A DNA stretch of 62,538 nucleotides, filler included, from Diploschistes diacapsis (lineage: Eukaryota), in the NCBI GenBank assembly GCA_023645945.1. It is 13 parts of 13 records of this genome, joined end to end, with 100 filler letters (N's around TTAATTAATTAA, not from the genome) between each part and the next. Parts side by side here need not be neighbours in the genome. Positions count along the whole stretch, not along the records: positions 9,304 to 34,984 come from JALAIB010000203.1; 12 more parts are not named here. One strand, written 5' to 3'. The translations under genes and the position numbers were made by a program. Below the pieces are notes generated by a model. It did no database searches. It was not told where the DNA came from and saw only the letters and a list, made by a program, of their open reading frames with translations. Positions 21,060 through 34,645 of this stretch are shown here, one piece after another; the first letter of the stretch is position 1; every line of letters begins with the position of its first letter.

Positions 21060-24000
21060 ATGAACGGCCCCTCAACGCCTGGTGCTCCTCCGAATTATGC
21101 TGCAGGACCGCCGTCCTACATAGACGACAATGACGCTTCATCAAACACTCGCGGCAATGGGTCGTCAATGCGACTGCTTACAACAACTGAGATTGCAGGA
21201 GAGCGACCGTATGTTGACCATTCTTTTTCACAAAGAGCCCTGCCAGTTCTAAGAGAAAATACAAATGCGCCAGGAATATAAGGGAAAGAGTGTCAATGCG
21301 GCGACGGCGGATAGTTAGCAGAAGACTATGGTCGAGGAAAAGAGCACAGCAGCCGACCCCAGCTTAATGTTCGGTTCAAATCGTTAGAACGATGCTTACC
21401 AAGTATATCTAGGCCTTCGGTACATTCGAGATCTCGACCGCCCATGAGAACATCCCGCCATTCGGGTTCTCCGTCAGTTCTTGATACTGCCCCCAGAATG
21501 CCTCCCCCAGACGTCCCTCCATACTATTCACCCCACGGATCGCCGACGAGATCACCGGGCTCGCCTTCCAGGACAGGCTCGAACGCATCGCGTCGTCCAC
21601 CGTCACCAATTCATTACGAAGATGTCGATATCAACGGGTCACCAAGGCCTGGTACCCCGTCCTCTAGATACAGCGGTAGCCCCCGGCGTCCTCTTCCCCC
21701 AGCCCCATTGTTTGCCGGAGCCACGGCAAGCTCTGTTCAGGAGCCCGATACTGCGACAATTGGGGAGAATATGGAAGATGAAGATGATGTCTTTGGGGCG
21801 CCGAGTCCGAATCCGCGCGATCACCTCAAGTCCTCCCATTCCTTCCAATCTGAATCGACCTTCACAGACGACTTGTACCCCAAAGAAGATCTTTATGGGT
21901 CTGCACCAACCGGTGCGCAAGTGCGACGAGGCACACGGCAAGCACAAATGATGAAGAAAGAGGTGCGACTAATCAACGGTGAGCTCATTCTAGAGTGCAA
22001 GATACCCACGATTCTTCACAGTTTCCTTCCGAGACGAGACGAGATTGAATTCACGCATATGAGATATACAGCCGTTACTTGCGACCCAGATGATTTTGTG
22101 GTCAAAGGTTACAAGCTGCGACAGAATATAGGCGCCACCGCTCGAGAAACCGAGTTGTTCATCTGTGTTACAATGTACAATGAGAATGAAATCGGCTTTA
22201 CGAGAACAATGCACGGAGTAATGCGAAATATCTCACATTTCTGCTCGAGGACAAAGTCGCGGACCTGGGGCAAAGATGGGTGGAAGAAGATCGTGGTCTG
22301 CATCATTTCGGATGGACGAAGGAAAGTTCATCCTCGGACGCTGGATGCACTGGCCGCTATGGGAGTCTACCAAGATGGGATTGCAAAAAACTTGGTCAAC
22401 CAGAAAGAAGTCACAGCACATGTCTACGAATACACGACTCAGGTATCGCTCGACGCGGACCTAAAGTTTAAAGGAGCGGAGAAGGGCATCGTGCCATGTC
22501 AAGTCATATTCTGTATGAAGGAAAAGAACCAAAAGAAACTCAATTCGCATCGCTGGTTCTTCAATGCCTTTGGCCGAGCGCTCCAGCCAAACGTGTGCAT
22601 CCTGTTGGATGTTGGTACAAGGCCCGGACCAAACTCGCTTTACCATCTCTGGAAGGCTTTTGACACCGACTCAAATGTCGCTGGTGCTTGCGGTGAGATT
22701 ATTGCTGGCAAGGGCAAAGCGTGGTTAGGCCTATTCAACCCCCTCGTAGCTGCGCAAAACTTCGAGTACAAGATGTCAAACATCTTGGACAAGCCTATCG
22801 AGTCCGCCTTTGGCTACATTACAGTGCTGCCAGGGGCTTTGAGCGCGTACAGATACTATGCGCTCCAGAATGACTCTACGGGCCACGGACCGCTCAGCCA
22901 ATACTTTAAGGGAGAAAAATTGCACGGCCAAAGCTCGGATATCTTTACTGCAAATATGTATCTGGCTGAAGATCGTATTTTGTGTTGGGAGCTGGTCGCG
23001 AAGAGGGATGAGCGGTGGGTGTTGAAGTACGTGAAGAGCGCGAAGGGAGAGACAGATGTTCCTGGTATGGGTTTCTCTTCGAAAGTTGTCGAACATTACG
23101 CTGACTTAGCGCAGATGCTGTTCCCGAATTTGTGTCACAAAGACGAAGATGGCTCAATGGTGCTTTCTTCGCTGCCGTTTACTCTCTCATCCACTTTAAG
23201 CAGATTTGGAGAACAGATCACTCTTTGACACGGAAGATCTTGCTACATATTGAGTTCATCTATCAAGCCGTGAACCTGATGTTCACCTGGTTCTCTTTGG
23301 TAGGTCGAGCATTAAGGCCCTTCATTGAACTTGGTTGACAGCAGCAGGCGAATTTCTACTTGACATTCTACTTCATTGCTGGATCTCTTGCAGATCCGCG
23401 ATTGGATCCCTTTGGCCACGGCATCGGGAAAATCATATACACCTTCTTGCGCTTCGTCTGCATACTTTTGATCTGTACACAGTTCATTCTATCCATGGGT
23501 AATCGTCCTCAGGGGTAAGTCAACATCCTGTGCCCGCAATCGGAGAAGTCATCCTAACATACACCTCCCAGTGCCAAGAAAATGTTCATGGCCTCCCTGA
23601 TAATCTTCTCGGTCATAATGGTCTACAACACCTTCTGCGCCATGTACATTGTCGCCATCGACCTCAAGTCCGGCTCGGACATCAGCCTCGGCACTAACAT
23701 CTTCACCAACCTCACCGTCTCCACCGCCTCCACCGTCGGCCTCTACTTCCTCATGTCCTTCCTGTACCTCGACCCCTGGCACATGTTCACCTCGGCGGCA
23801 CAATACTTCGCACTTCTCCCTTCCTACATCTGCACGCTACAAGTGTACGCCTTCTGCAACACGCACGACATCACCTGGGGCACAAAGGGCGACAACGTCA
23901 TCCACACGGACCTGGGCGCCGCCGTGGGCGCAAAGGGCAACACCGTCGAGCTCGAGATGCCCTCGGAGCAGCTGGACATCGACTCCGGCTACGACGAGGC

Positions 24001-24424
24001 GCTGCGCAACCTGCGCGACCGGCTCGAGGTGCCCGAGCCCCCGACCTCGGAGTCGCAGCTGCAGGAGGACTACTACCGCGCCGTGCGCACCTACATGGTC
24101 GCCAGCTGGATGATCACCAACGCCATCCTCGCCATGGCCGTCAGCGAGGCGTACGACAGCTCCGACGTGACGAGCAACTTCTACCTGAGCTTCATACTGT
24201 GGAGCGTCGCCGCCGTGTCGCTGTTCCGCGCCGTCGGCAGCAGCGCGTTTGGCGTCATGAATATCGTGCAGATGGCCATGGACGGCAGGATGAAGATGAG
24301 GGGGTGGAACAAGGTGCCGGACTGGGTGAGCGATTCGGGGAGCAAGATTAGTGGCGGGCTGAGCTGGGTGGGGAATGGGGGAAGTTGGGTGGCGAGCAGT
24401 CTGGGGATCAAGAGTTCGAGATGA
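21060..24424 (+). CDS. chs2: Chitin synthase, probably class II (multi-exon)
   Basis: [48 protein letters not shown] and HDITWGTKG motifs; TM C-terminus. Confidence 0.93.
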
Positions 24425-24892
24425 GAGCTTGAGGTATTTGGGAGCGGGGGGAAGGGGGATTCTGCATGTTGTGTTTTTAGGGAGTAATATGGGGGAAAAG
24501 TGGATCGGAGATACGGAGGTCACGAAAATGGTTTTCAATATCCACGCGTGCTTTAGGTAGTGAGGCTTTTGGGGAGAGATTGGGGCAATAAGGATAGGAC
24601 CTTTTCAATCATGTTGTCTTATGATCAAGATGCAACAATATCTAAGAAAATTGGGCGGTTAGAGTTGGCCCCTCGATAGGCAAAGTACACACAACTGGCG
24701 CGGCAGACAGCACCCACGTTTCTTCTATCAAGTTATGAATTGCTGGAACGATCTCATTACGATAACATGGAAAAAAACGAAGAAATGTACCACGACAAGT
24801 CCCTGGGGTATCATAAACAGAACGAACCCCCCCAACTCCCATAAGAACCGACCCAAGGCTGAAATTTGCATTAAGATGCCTCCGACGGCCGT

Positions 24893-27800
24893 TCACAAAG
24901 GCCTGTCGGGTAAAATCGCACCTGCTGCATCGGTAAGTTCCTTCTCAAGATCCTCGTCAGCTGAAACATTCGTAGGTCTCTCGTTCGGAATCTGCTCGTT
25001 CCCGGCTCGAGAAGGTGCGAACGGAATAGGACCGTTTGCTAAGAAAACCGGTAGGTTATTCTTCGCTTGCTCTGGGCTTGCGAACGTGGAAGGTGGCGCC
25101 AAAAAAGTAGTCAATGGAGGCATCTCGGAAGTAATAGGTAAGCTACCAGGAACAACTAGCGAGTCCACGCCCGTCATTTGGAAATCCGGTAGGTCGGGCA
25201 TCGGAGCTGTAGCCGTCGCTGAAATGGCTGTATCGTTAGGTGGCTGAAACGAAGGTGCTGTAACTACAAGACTTTCTGCTGCTGGAGCAGTAAAGCCAGA
25301 TGCTGACTTGTAGTCACCTGGAGCAGGTATGGAAGGCTCGATAGGCTGCGGCAGCACATTGTGTAAGATAGGAGTTTCAGGGGTTGATGCAGCTGGCGCC
25401 ACGTTTTCGGTCATCGGCAAAGCTCTAGGATAACCACCTGATTGGCGCGAAGCGAGTGGTTCAGTTCTTGCCTTCATCGCTTTGATGGGCTCCTTGGCTG
25501 GCTTCTTGACAGCTTGTTTTCGAGGAGCCTTTATTACAGTCGGCTTTTTAGGCTCAGAAGCTGCAGCTTGCTTCCTAGCATCGCGTGCTTCGTACTCTTC
25601 TCGTGATGGTACGTTGAGCTTGATGCTGAGTTTCTTCACATCTGAGGCTAGACTTGCCATTTCATCAGCTTGTGGGGCTGCTGGCAAGGAAGCACTAGGG
25701 ACGTTCTCGAGACCCTGCGGAACGGCTTCCTTCTTCAATACTGATGGCAACCGGGGAATTGGCGGTTTCGAAGGTGCTTTCTTGGCCACACGAGGCTTTG
25801 ACGGAGCTCTTTGCTTGGGAAGAATCAATTGGTCAGGCTGAAGGGCACTGTTGTTGCCAGGACCGTCATCTGTGTTAGACATAACGGATGAGGCAATGCT
25901 GACACGACGCCGGGACCTGCTCGCACTGTCCTTGTCCCCAAGTTCAATTCCACCAACTGTTCTGCGTCGCGCTGCGCTAGCCCGAGATGCAGGTCTCAGA
26001 TCCTCGACGCTACTATCTTCAGGCTTGGCTTTTCTATCCCGAAGTTGCATCTTCTGCATCTCCTCAATGGGTAGTTCAGGCACTACTCCAGTTGTAGTAC
26101 CAATAAAAGATTGTCGATTTCTCCTGGCTTCAGTCGCTTTTGCATTCAAATCCTCTGGCGCGCAGCTTCTCGTTGTCCGATCCTGCGGTATGAGAAGCTT
26201 TGCTAGCTCTTGTGATGCAACAGTCCACTCTACTTCTGGTGGCGGCGGCGTGGCTGGCCTGGGAGCTACAAGCGGTCCGGAGCTCTGTCGATACATGGAG
26301 CTAGAGATCGAACGCTGATATGTGGGAGGTGAGACCACCTTTGTCATGAACGATTGTGTGGGTGTTTGGTAAGTAGGCGCAGCCCCTCCTCGCGGTTTGC
26401 GTGGGAGAGGAGCGGCTGGTGCGGGACTGACGAGCCTCTCTAACTCTTCCAATCGTACAGGGGACCACCAATCAGACGTGTAGGGAAGCGGTAACGCTGC
26501 TGAGTTTGCTGTAGGCTCTACTGAAGGCAAGACCCCAATAGTGTCCGCTGTCAACGAGTTGACAGTGCTAGAGGGTTTCCCAGAGCCAAAACTGGAAGTC
26601 AAACCACAAACGTGGCTAAGCGCGCCGCTCGTCAAGGCTCGGTCGCTGTAACCACCTTCGAGTACGCTAATGACTCTGCCACCAACACCAAGACCCTCTT
26701 CTATAGATATTCCAACGATATCGTGCGTGACACGCGCATAGAAATCCGTGGGTACGTTGACTTCATGTCGTTGCATTCCATGTCCCTCCCATTCACTGGC
26801 ATCAAAGCCAGCAGAAATGAATATTGCACCTTTGGATTTTTGTCCATGACCTAGTGAGTGAAGCTTGTCATTTTGAGTCCGAAGAAATCTTCTCATTTTC
26901 TTCAGAAGAATCGAGTACCGGTTGTTGTAAAGCTCCCAGAATTCAGCGTCGCTGCCCCATGGTTGCAGATGAACGTTCCAAACGGTCTGTCCATGGGCAT
27001 TTTCAATGCAGAGACTTGCATCGCGCACCTTCTCCTCATCGCCCCATTCACATGGGTACGAATTGATATCATGTAGACTAAAGTAACCGATTTTTGTTTT
27101 CTTTGATATGTGGGTGTTCTTAGGTAAGGTAGACACTCTTGCGTTGCGATCCCAGGCAATCGCTTGAGAGCCGTCACCATGATGAAGATCGAAATCGAAG
27201 ATGGCAGCATGGGTAAGTCCATGTGCGCTTGCGGCGTAGGAGATCCCGACATGGATGTTATTAAGCCAGCAGAACCCCGACGGGTAATCGCTAGAACAGT
27301 GATGGCCTGGAGGCCGTACGCAAGCAAAACAGCGGCGAGGACCCGTCGAGCTGAAGACTGTATCAACGGCATCGAGGACACCGCCGAGAGCTCCTTCAAA
27401 GGCCTCCAGTGATTCAGCGCAAAGATATAAATCCCCATCGTGAAGTCTGGACTTTGTAACGTCGTTTACTCCCGGCCGCGTAAGCTCTTTTCCATTCATT
27501 GCTAGCTTAGCTTCTGCTCCTTCGCACATCTCCTGCAGCTCGCCCATCCAACCCGAGCCATGCACACTTGTGACAGCTGGGGTGGAGAGGGAGACGCGCC
27601 GAGAGCTCTTACGGATGAGGAACGGCACGGCGCCCGGTTGAGCTTCTGGGTGAGGAGCATGTATGCCCGCAGCATGGCGGCCACCAAGGAGCACATAAGC
27701 CGTCGATACCCCAAGAACTGTTGCTCTAATACGCTCCGGTCTTTCCACTATGGTGTTCAGACTTGCCTTCGAAGTACGAGGTCTCGAGAATCGGTGACCA

Positions 27801-28368
27801 TAGCAAGCGTCATGAAATATCACAGCAACTTCAGGGGAAGAGGATTTTCCCTTCAAAGGTTAGCTTGCTGTCCCTTGCACTTGGAAAGCAACCTTACATT
27901 ATGGGAGTCATGTCCCTCAAGATCACGCTGGAAATAACCTTTTGCAACCGTTCGTGAGGTCAGCGGAGGTGGTGGGGGTGGGTTTTCGTTCTGCATTATT
28001 GTAGGCTTATAAAAACCAGATGAAGGTTTACGGCCTGCAGACATGGGAGATCGTGGAGGAGTCCTCCCACCTGCACCTTGTAAGGAGCTCATGGAAGTCT
28101 TCTTTCTCAAATTGGTGGTGGTGGTGGTGGTGGAACTTGTGGAAGCAAGGGATTGCGTTGATGGCGACCGGCGTATACTTATTGACGATCTTCTAGAATA
28201 CCCGTCCAGCGCACCATTGCCCGGAATTGCAGATGGAAATGGTGATGCGATAGTGGGAAGATCGCTCGGTGATGAGTCTGAAATTGATGGAAGTTGTGGA
28301 GCTATATTGACGGTTGACTCAACAGGAGAGGAGCCAGGAATTGGCCCGGGATCCTCCTCTTGTGACAT
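24893..28368 (-). CDS. HOS3: Histone deacetylase Hos3 (2 exons)
   Basis: IVERPERI, RPPGHHC, GFCWLNN, DFDLHHGDGSQ, SLHDINSYPCE, ISAGFDASEWE, SVLEGGYS. Confidence 0.93.
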
Positions 28369-28799
28369 GGAGGGCAATCATGAACCTGGATGATTACCGG
28401 TCTATAAAAGCAGCGGGCGATGTAATAACTGTGTTTATATACTCACAAAGATGGTTATCACTCACCCGCATGAAACAAACATTGACACCGCGTCCCGTCT
28501 GGATTGATTCGCGCGCGTCATTCACAGCTTAGCGACAGCCCTACAAGGCAGAAACAGGGCGGCACCAACGCCTTCAGCCCTGCCAGGAGTGATCGCCCAT
28601 AAAGCATAATTAAAGCTGTATAGAGGAACAGTAACAACAGCAACTATTTCAAGATGCACTGCTTTCACAACATAGTAGGTAGCTAAACAGCTTTTACTAA
28701 AGTTACACACTTTGTGCTTTTGCTACCATCGTTGAAGAAACAAGAGTGAAAGAGTATAACATAAACAATGCTACTGCATAGTGCTGGTCCGAACATGAT

Positions 28800-30310
28800 A
28801 TGACTTCCAAATTTACTAGTCCTGCTCTTTCGTTTGAAATCGTAGCAAAATGCTCTGTGAGGCTCCGCCCATGTAAACAACCAATTCCGAAGCTAACGGA
28901 CTGCATAGACAACAAAGGCCCGTGCTTCTGTCTTGACTTTACCTCACGGTCCTGTCTCATTGCCCGTTTTTCAGCCTGTCGCTACTCAAGCCTCCCTAAA
29001 AGGTCTAACCCCAGCGCAACTTGCTCAGACAGGATGCAATCTATGTCTTAATAACACCTATCATCTGGGTTTGAAGCCGGGACAAGAGGCGCTTGAGGCT
29101 ATAGGTGGAGCCCACCGGCTCCAGGGATGGAATGGGAATATCTTAACAGATAGTGGAGGGTCAGGCAAGTTCAGTAATATTAATCACCTGATGTTGACAA
29201 ACAAAGGTTTCAAATGGTTTCCCTGCTGAAGTTGGCAACCGTGACGGAGGAAGGCGTGCGTTTCCTGAGCCCTCACGATGGGACGCTGATGTGATATGGC
29301 CTTTTTGCACGCCCGGGCCAAGCTGACGATTCGACCAGGGTACTTACCCCAGAGCACTCCATCTCCTTACAGAACTCCATCGGCTCCGATATAATGATGC
29401 AGCTCGACGATGTAATAGCAACCACTTCCCCGGATCTTAAGAGAATAGAGGAAGCCACGTATCGCTCCATTCGCTGGCTTGACAGATGCATAGCGGCTCA
29501 CAAAAAGCCAGAGAGCCAGAATCTATTTTGCATCATCCAGGGCGGGCTTGACCTAGATCTCCGGAAGATCTGTACCAGGGAGATGATCAAAAGAGACACA
29601 CCCGGCATCGCCATAGGAGGGTTGTCCGGAGGTGAAGCCAAGGAAGAATACTGCAAAGTGTCCGTCGCATGACGCCCAGCATAGGGACGTAGCTAATGTT
29701 CAACAGTGTCTTAACTTGCACAGATCTGCTTCCAGATGCAAAGCCCCGATATGTAATGGGCGTGGGATATCCTGAAGACTTGCTTGTTAGTATTGCGCTT
29801 GGAGCTGACATGTTTGACTGCGTCTGGCCCACTAGAACCGCAGTAAGCTACCCGAATTGGTTTAATTACCCAGTTGATTGGTTATAGCGATTTGGGAATG
29901 CAATTACTTCCACAGGGTCTTTAAACTTGCGAAATAGCTCGTATACAAGCGATTTCTCTCCAATAGATCCGGAGTGTGACTGTATCTGCTGCAAAGCTCC
30001 CGAACAAGGAGGCCTAGGAGTAACGAAAGCACTCATCCATAGCATAACAAGCAAAGAAACAACTGGAGCTCATCTGTACGTGCATTCATTCATTCTTCTT
30101 CAAATAGTCAAAGCTTACTAAGGAAGCCTAACAATGCACAATGTGCATTACCTTTTGGCCTTAATGAAGGCAGTTAGAGCAGCAATCATCGTCGACGAAT
30201 ACCCACGCTTCTTGTCCTTGTATTTCAAACGTATGTACCAGGATCGTTCACAATATCCGGCATGGGCAGTAGGCGCGCTTCGAGGTGTCGGGGTTGATCT
30301 ACTTGCGTAG
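28800..30310 (+). CDS. QTRT1: Queuine tRNA-ribosyltransferase catalytic subunit (multi-exon)
   Basis: [65 protein letters not shown] zinc site. Confidence 0.93.
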
Positions 30311-30601
30311 CTTGGATGAAGCCTAGATTCCCATGAACTCCAGTTGAGTTTAAGATCACTGTCGTCTGATGAACGTGTTTTAGAGGATTTGATTTTGTCG
30401 TAATGTTTCCTCATTCATGGACCCCAATGTGTTAACAACGTCTGACATTTTTATTGATTGACAAGCTTGCGAGCATCAGTCAACCTTTGATGTTGTTACA
30501 GCTTGCTCGTGTATGAATGTCACGGTGATTTTCTCACCCAATCTTACTTAAAAATATATGGCCATAATATATATTGTCAATAAGTTCAAATATTTTGTTG
30601 A

Positions 30602-30675
30602 GCCCTCATAACTCAATTGGTTAGAGTGTCAGACTTTTAATCTGAAAGTTCCGAGTTCGAGACTCGGTGAGGGCT
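30602..30675 (+). tRNA. tRNA-Lys(UUU), intronless
   Basis: Acceptor GCCCTCA/TGAGGGC, D stem ACTC/GAGT, anticodon arm TCAGA-CTTTTAA-TCTGA, T arm CCGAG-TTCGAGA-CTCGG; T-run terminator just downstream. Confidence 0.95.
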
Positions 30676-31046
30676 TGGTTGCTTTTTGTTTTATTAATTT
30701 GTAGCCAAATAACAGTTACTTGTAATATATTTGAACATTTCATACTCCGCACATTGATATACAGATTTTCAGGTTTATAAGTTGAAGTGTATCTATAGTT
30801 ATTTAAGAGGAGGACGGGGTTTGAAACTTCTAGTTTTCGAGTTTCCGCCTGACTGACGTCATAGGTCGTCCTTAACCTTCATACCTCTATAGACGAAAAA
30901 CAACTGCACCAGGCAAGATCTTCAAACAGCAGCCCTTGAAGGGTAAAGACACCATGATCCGTGTCTATCCTAGCCATGAGTTGAGCAGTGTAAATCGGTG
31001 AGTTGTCTAATGCGCAGGTTTTCTGCTGCGGTGACTGCCCCTTAAA

Positions 31047-34000
31047 ATGGCGAAGCTTCAAGCCGCCACTGTATCAAGCCAAATTGTCCGTAAAAGGAAA
31101 CGAAAAGCACCGTCTGCTGGCTCTGAGGAAGGTGCAGAAGGCTCGAATAGTCAAAATGAAAATCTATCTAGTCTTACAGCACCGACCAAGGCTCATGATG
31201 GAGGCACAAAACCAAAGCGAACAAAGGGCGGCAACAAGCCAGCACTGGTTCGTCAAAGTTCCTCTACGCTGGTCGAAACGACCATAGAATGGCCCAATCA
31301 CTTCACGAAGCTGGCACAGACACATCGAGCGCTTAATCTTGTCTATACATTCTGTTGCACCCGCAAGCATTTGGCTACAACATGGGAGACAATCAAGTCT
31401 GCCGTGGAAGGTCACATCAAGCGGGAGCTTCAAATTCAGGAAGTCGCCCAAATCAAGGCGCTGATTCCAAGAGCCATAAACTTTGCCTACGTTGATGAAG
31501 CCATGCTCCAAGTTGCTGTGATGGGTGAAGAGGATGGTATCAAAGGTGGCCGAGCAAAGGAATTCCGGTCTTTGGATCTTTCTCGAGATCCAGCCTCAAA
31601 AGAACGAGAGTTGGAATGTGGCCAAGAGGTCCTCTTATTCGAGTTTATTGATGGTGATCTCAAGCGTCAGGTTGCTGATCCCAAAACTGGGAAACCTATC
31701 AACCCGTCGCAAAGACTACGGAACGAGAATCTGAAGATGCCGGTCTTCAGTCAACAGCAGATGATGAAGCTGATTGAGAAAAGGAACACGAAGTTCACTT
31801 CCGCAGTCAACGCTTTCCTCAACCAATGTGCCGCGGACAACATTGATCCCGTCCTTGCAGTATATGACTACAAAAATGCCTTTGTCCCAACCAAAGCAGA
31901 AAGTAAAGACAACACTCCTGCTCCAGAACCTAAGTCTAAGACTCCAGCAACAATTCCCAAAGACCGCGGAACAGTTGCGGAGATCATTAACCAATTAAAG
32001 GACCAAGAATGGTATACCGGGCAGATAGTGCCTGATGGCCACAGAGTCTTCGATCCGCAGGTGCCGATCTTCGGGGCCTTGAAGTTTGAGCTTTCGCAGA
32101 ACTTAGTCAATGCTTTGTACAACACAAAGAACATTACTCAGTTCTACTCGCATCAGGCAGAGGCCATCAACAATCTATACGACGGTCACAATGTGATAGT
32201 TGCGACGTCAACAAGCTCTGGGAAATCTCTCATATATCAGGTGCCCATGCTCTATGAGTTGGAGCAGGACAACGAGAGTCGAGGGATGTACATTTTCCCA
32301 ACGAAAGCCTTGGCTCAAGATCAAAGACGGAGCATGAAGGAACTGATGCAGTACATGCCAGGTCTCGAAGAGACGGTGGTAGAGACCTTTGATGGAGACA
32401 CTCCAATGGCCGAAAGGCACTTCATTCGTGATGAAGGCAGGATAATATTCACAAATCCCGATATGCTTCATATCACGATACTTCCGCAAGAAGACAAATG
32501 GAGAAAATTTCTTCAGAACCTAAAATTTGTCGTGGTTGACGAGCTCCACGTGTACAACGGCCTATTCGGTGCACATGTGGCATTCATAATGCGCAGGTTG
32601 CGTCGAATATGTGCAGCGGTAGGGAATCATCGTGTCAAATTTATTTCCTGCTCGGCCACAGTCGCCAATCCTGAGGAGCATATGCACACCATTTTTGGAG
32701 TAGACAAGATAAGGTTGACTGATTTTGATGGATCGCCTTCAGGAAGAAAAGAGTTTCTCTGTTGGAACACCCCATACCGAGATCCCGAAGACCCTTCATC
32801 CGGAAGAGGTGATGCAATGGCTGAAGCAGCTCGACTATTTTGTGAGCTCATACTGCGTGGCATTCGTGTCATCTCCTTCTGTCGAGTCCGGAAGCAATGC
32901 GAGATCCTAATCACTGCTGTGCGAAATTACAGCAAAAGCATCAATCGAATAGACCTCGGAGTCCGGGTCATGGGATACCGTGGGGGTTATTCGGCACAAG
33001 ATCGACGGAGGATCGAGTCTGAAATGTTCTCCGGCAAGCTGATGGGCATTGTGGCAACGACTGCCCTCGAGCTCGGTGTTGACATTGGCTCTCTCGATGC
33101 TGTTGTGACTGTCGGGTTCCCGTATACCATTGCCAATTTGAGACAGCAATCCGGGCGTGCCGGCAGACGTAACAAGGACTCGTTGTCCGTACTTCTTGGG
33201 GACTGCTTCGCAACAGATCAATTCTACATGCAGAACCCAGACGAGATCTTCACGAAGCCAAATTGTGAGCTCCAGGTGGATCTTACGAATCCGCTAGTCC
33301 TCGAAGGGCACCTTCAATGTGCTGCCTTTGAAATGCCATTGCGACCTGAAGAGGACGAAAAGTACTTTGGAGAGCAGCTAAAAGACATGGCCACGGAGCG
33401 TTTAGTGAAAGACTCGTTGGGTTTCTTCCACTGTAACGAACGTTTCAGGCCGTTGCCTTCAAAGTGCGTAGCTATTCGCGATACCGAGGAAGACCATTTC
33501 GCAGTGGTGGATATTACGAATGGCCGTAATGTTGTCCTCGAAGAAGTGGAGGCCTCAAGAGCCTTCTTCACCATATACGAAGGTGGTATATTCCTTCACC
33601 AGGGCTACACTTACCTCGTGAAGGAATTTTCTCCGGACCGGAAAATCGCAAAAGTGCAGTTTGTGAAGGTCGAATGGACGACACAGCAACGAGACTTCAC
33701 GGACATCGACCCCATTGAAACCGAAGCCATCCGAAGGCTTCCTAGACCTTCGCTGTCAAGAGCCTTCTTTGGCTCCATCCGTGTCAATGCCAAGGTTTTT
33801 GGCTTCTTCAAGCTTGACAAGCAGCGCCGGATTCTCGATGCCGTGCAGGTCGACAACCCCCCAATCATCATCGATGCCAAGGGAATGTGGCTCGACGTGC
33901 CGAAGCATGCTTTGGAAATTCTGAACTCACACCGACTTAACTTGGCCGCTTCCATCCATGCCGCAGAGCACGCAATACTGTCGTTGATGCCAAACTTCGT

Positions 34001-34496
34001 CATCAGCATGCCCGGCGACGTGCGAACCGAATGCAAGGTCGCCATCAAAGAGTTTGCCAAGCGGGAGACCTCGCGGAAACGGCCCGCCCGCCTAACCTTC
34101 TACGACGCAAAGGGTGGGGCAGGCGGGTCTGGAATAGCGGCGAAGGCCTTTGAATTCGTGGACTTGCTGCTCGACCAGGCCGTTGACAGGGTCGGCAAGT
34201 GCCACTGCTTGGAGGGCTGCGTGGAGTGCGTGTGCAGCGAGCTCTGCAAGGAGCAGAACGTTGTTACTAGCAAAGCCGGTAGCGAGGTCATCCTAAAGTG
34301 TCTCCTAGGGCGTCAAGATGAGATAGACGTTGACGCTCTACCTTGGGGTGATGACGAGAACGCGCCCGCTGGCATCGAGACCGTGGTGGAAGCTGCTGAA
34401 ATCCGCCCAGCGGTTGGAAAGAATGTGCGGGTGGTGGAAGTTGTGAGGGACGGCGCGAGAAAAGAGGTGGTGATCAAGGAGGAAGCACTGGACTAA
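31047..34496 (+). CDS. HRQ1: RecQ4-like DEAH-box helicase Hrq1 with C-terminal DUF1998-type Zn domain
   Basis: TSTSSGKS, FPTKALAQDQ, VVDELHVY, CSATVANP, ALELGVDIG, QQSGRAGRR, HAAEHA, CHCLEGCVEC. Confidence 0.95.
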   Translation: MAKLQAATVSSQIVRKRKRKAPSAGSEEGAEGSNSQNENLSSLTAPTKAHDGGTKPKRTKGGNKPALVRQSSSTLVETTIEWPNHFTKLAQTHRALNLVYTFCCTRKHLATTWETIKSAVEGHIKRELQIQEVAQIKALIPRAINFAYVDEAMLQVAVMGEEDGIKGGRAKEFRSLDLSRDPASKERELECGQEVLLFEFIDGDLKRQVADPKTGKPINPSQRLRNENLKMPVFSQQQMMKLIEKRNTKFTSAVNAFLNQCAADNIDPVLAVYDYKNAFVPTKAESKDNTPAPEPKSKTPATIPKDRGTVAEIINQLKDQEWYTGQIVPDGHRVFDPQVPIFGALKFELSQNLVNALYNTKNITQFYSHQAEAINNLYDGHNVIVATSTSSGKSLIYQVPMLYELEQDNESRGMYIFPTKALAQDQRRSMKELMQYMPGLEETVVETFDGDTPMAERHFIRDEGRIIFTNPDMLHITILPQEDKWRKFLQNLKFVVVDELHVYNGLFGAHVAFIMRRLRRICAAVGNHRVKFISCSATVANPEEHMHTIFGVDKIRLTDFDGSPSGRKEFLCWNTPYRDPEDPSSGRGDAMAEAARLFCELILRGIRVISFCRVRKQCEILITAVRNYSKSINRIDLGVRVMGYRGGYSAQDRRRIESEMFSGKLMGIVATTALELGVDIGSLDAVVTVGFPYTIANLRQQSGRAGRRNKDSLSVLLGDCFATDQFYMQNPDEIFTKPNCELQVDLTNPLVLEGHLQCAAFEMPLRPEEDEKYFGEQLKDMATERLVKDSLGFFHCNERFRPLPSKCVAIRDTEEDHFAVVDITNGRNVVLEEVEASRAFFTIYEGGIFLHQGYTYLVKEFSPDRKIAKVQFVKVEWTTQQRDFTDIDPIETEAIRRLPRPSLSRAFFGSIRVNAKVFGFFKLDKQRRILDAVQVDNPPIIIDAKGMWLDVPKHALEILNSHRLNLAASIHAAEHAILSLMPNFVISMPGDVRTECKVAIKEFAKRETSRKRPARLTFYDAKGGAGGSGIAAKAFEFVDLLLDQAVDRVGKCHCLEGCVECVCSELCKEQNVVTSKAGSEVILKCLLGRQDEIDVDALPWGDDENAPAGIETVVEAAEIRPAVGKNVRVVEVVRDGARKEVVIKEEALD

Positions 34497-34645
34497 AGTC
34501 CAAGCAGGCTACAATGCCCAGCCGTGGGGCAACGTCGGATTAGGCTCAGGAAGCCCTTGATGAGCAAGACTGTAGATAGTGTACCATTAGCGATCTTCGT
34601 CGCGCTTCTTTGTAAATACATGCAGATTTGTTTCACCATCATAAG

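Noticed and set aside
23649..24538. Long overlapping or antisense ORFs in chitin synthase (also in HCS1, GPX and 44949-46499)
   Set aside because: Shadow ORFs expected from very high GC3 codon usage; no recognisable motifs.
28800..30675. Queuine TGT gene next to a tRNA gene as a functional module
   Set aside because: TGT modifies GUN-anticodon tRNAs (Asp, Asn, His, Tyr); the neighbour is tRNA-Lys(UUU), not a substrate.
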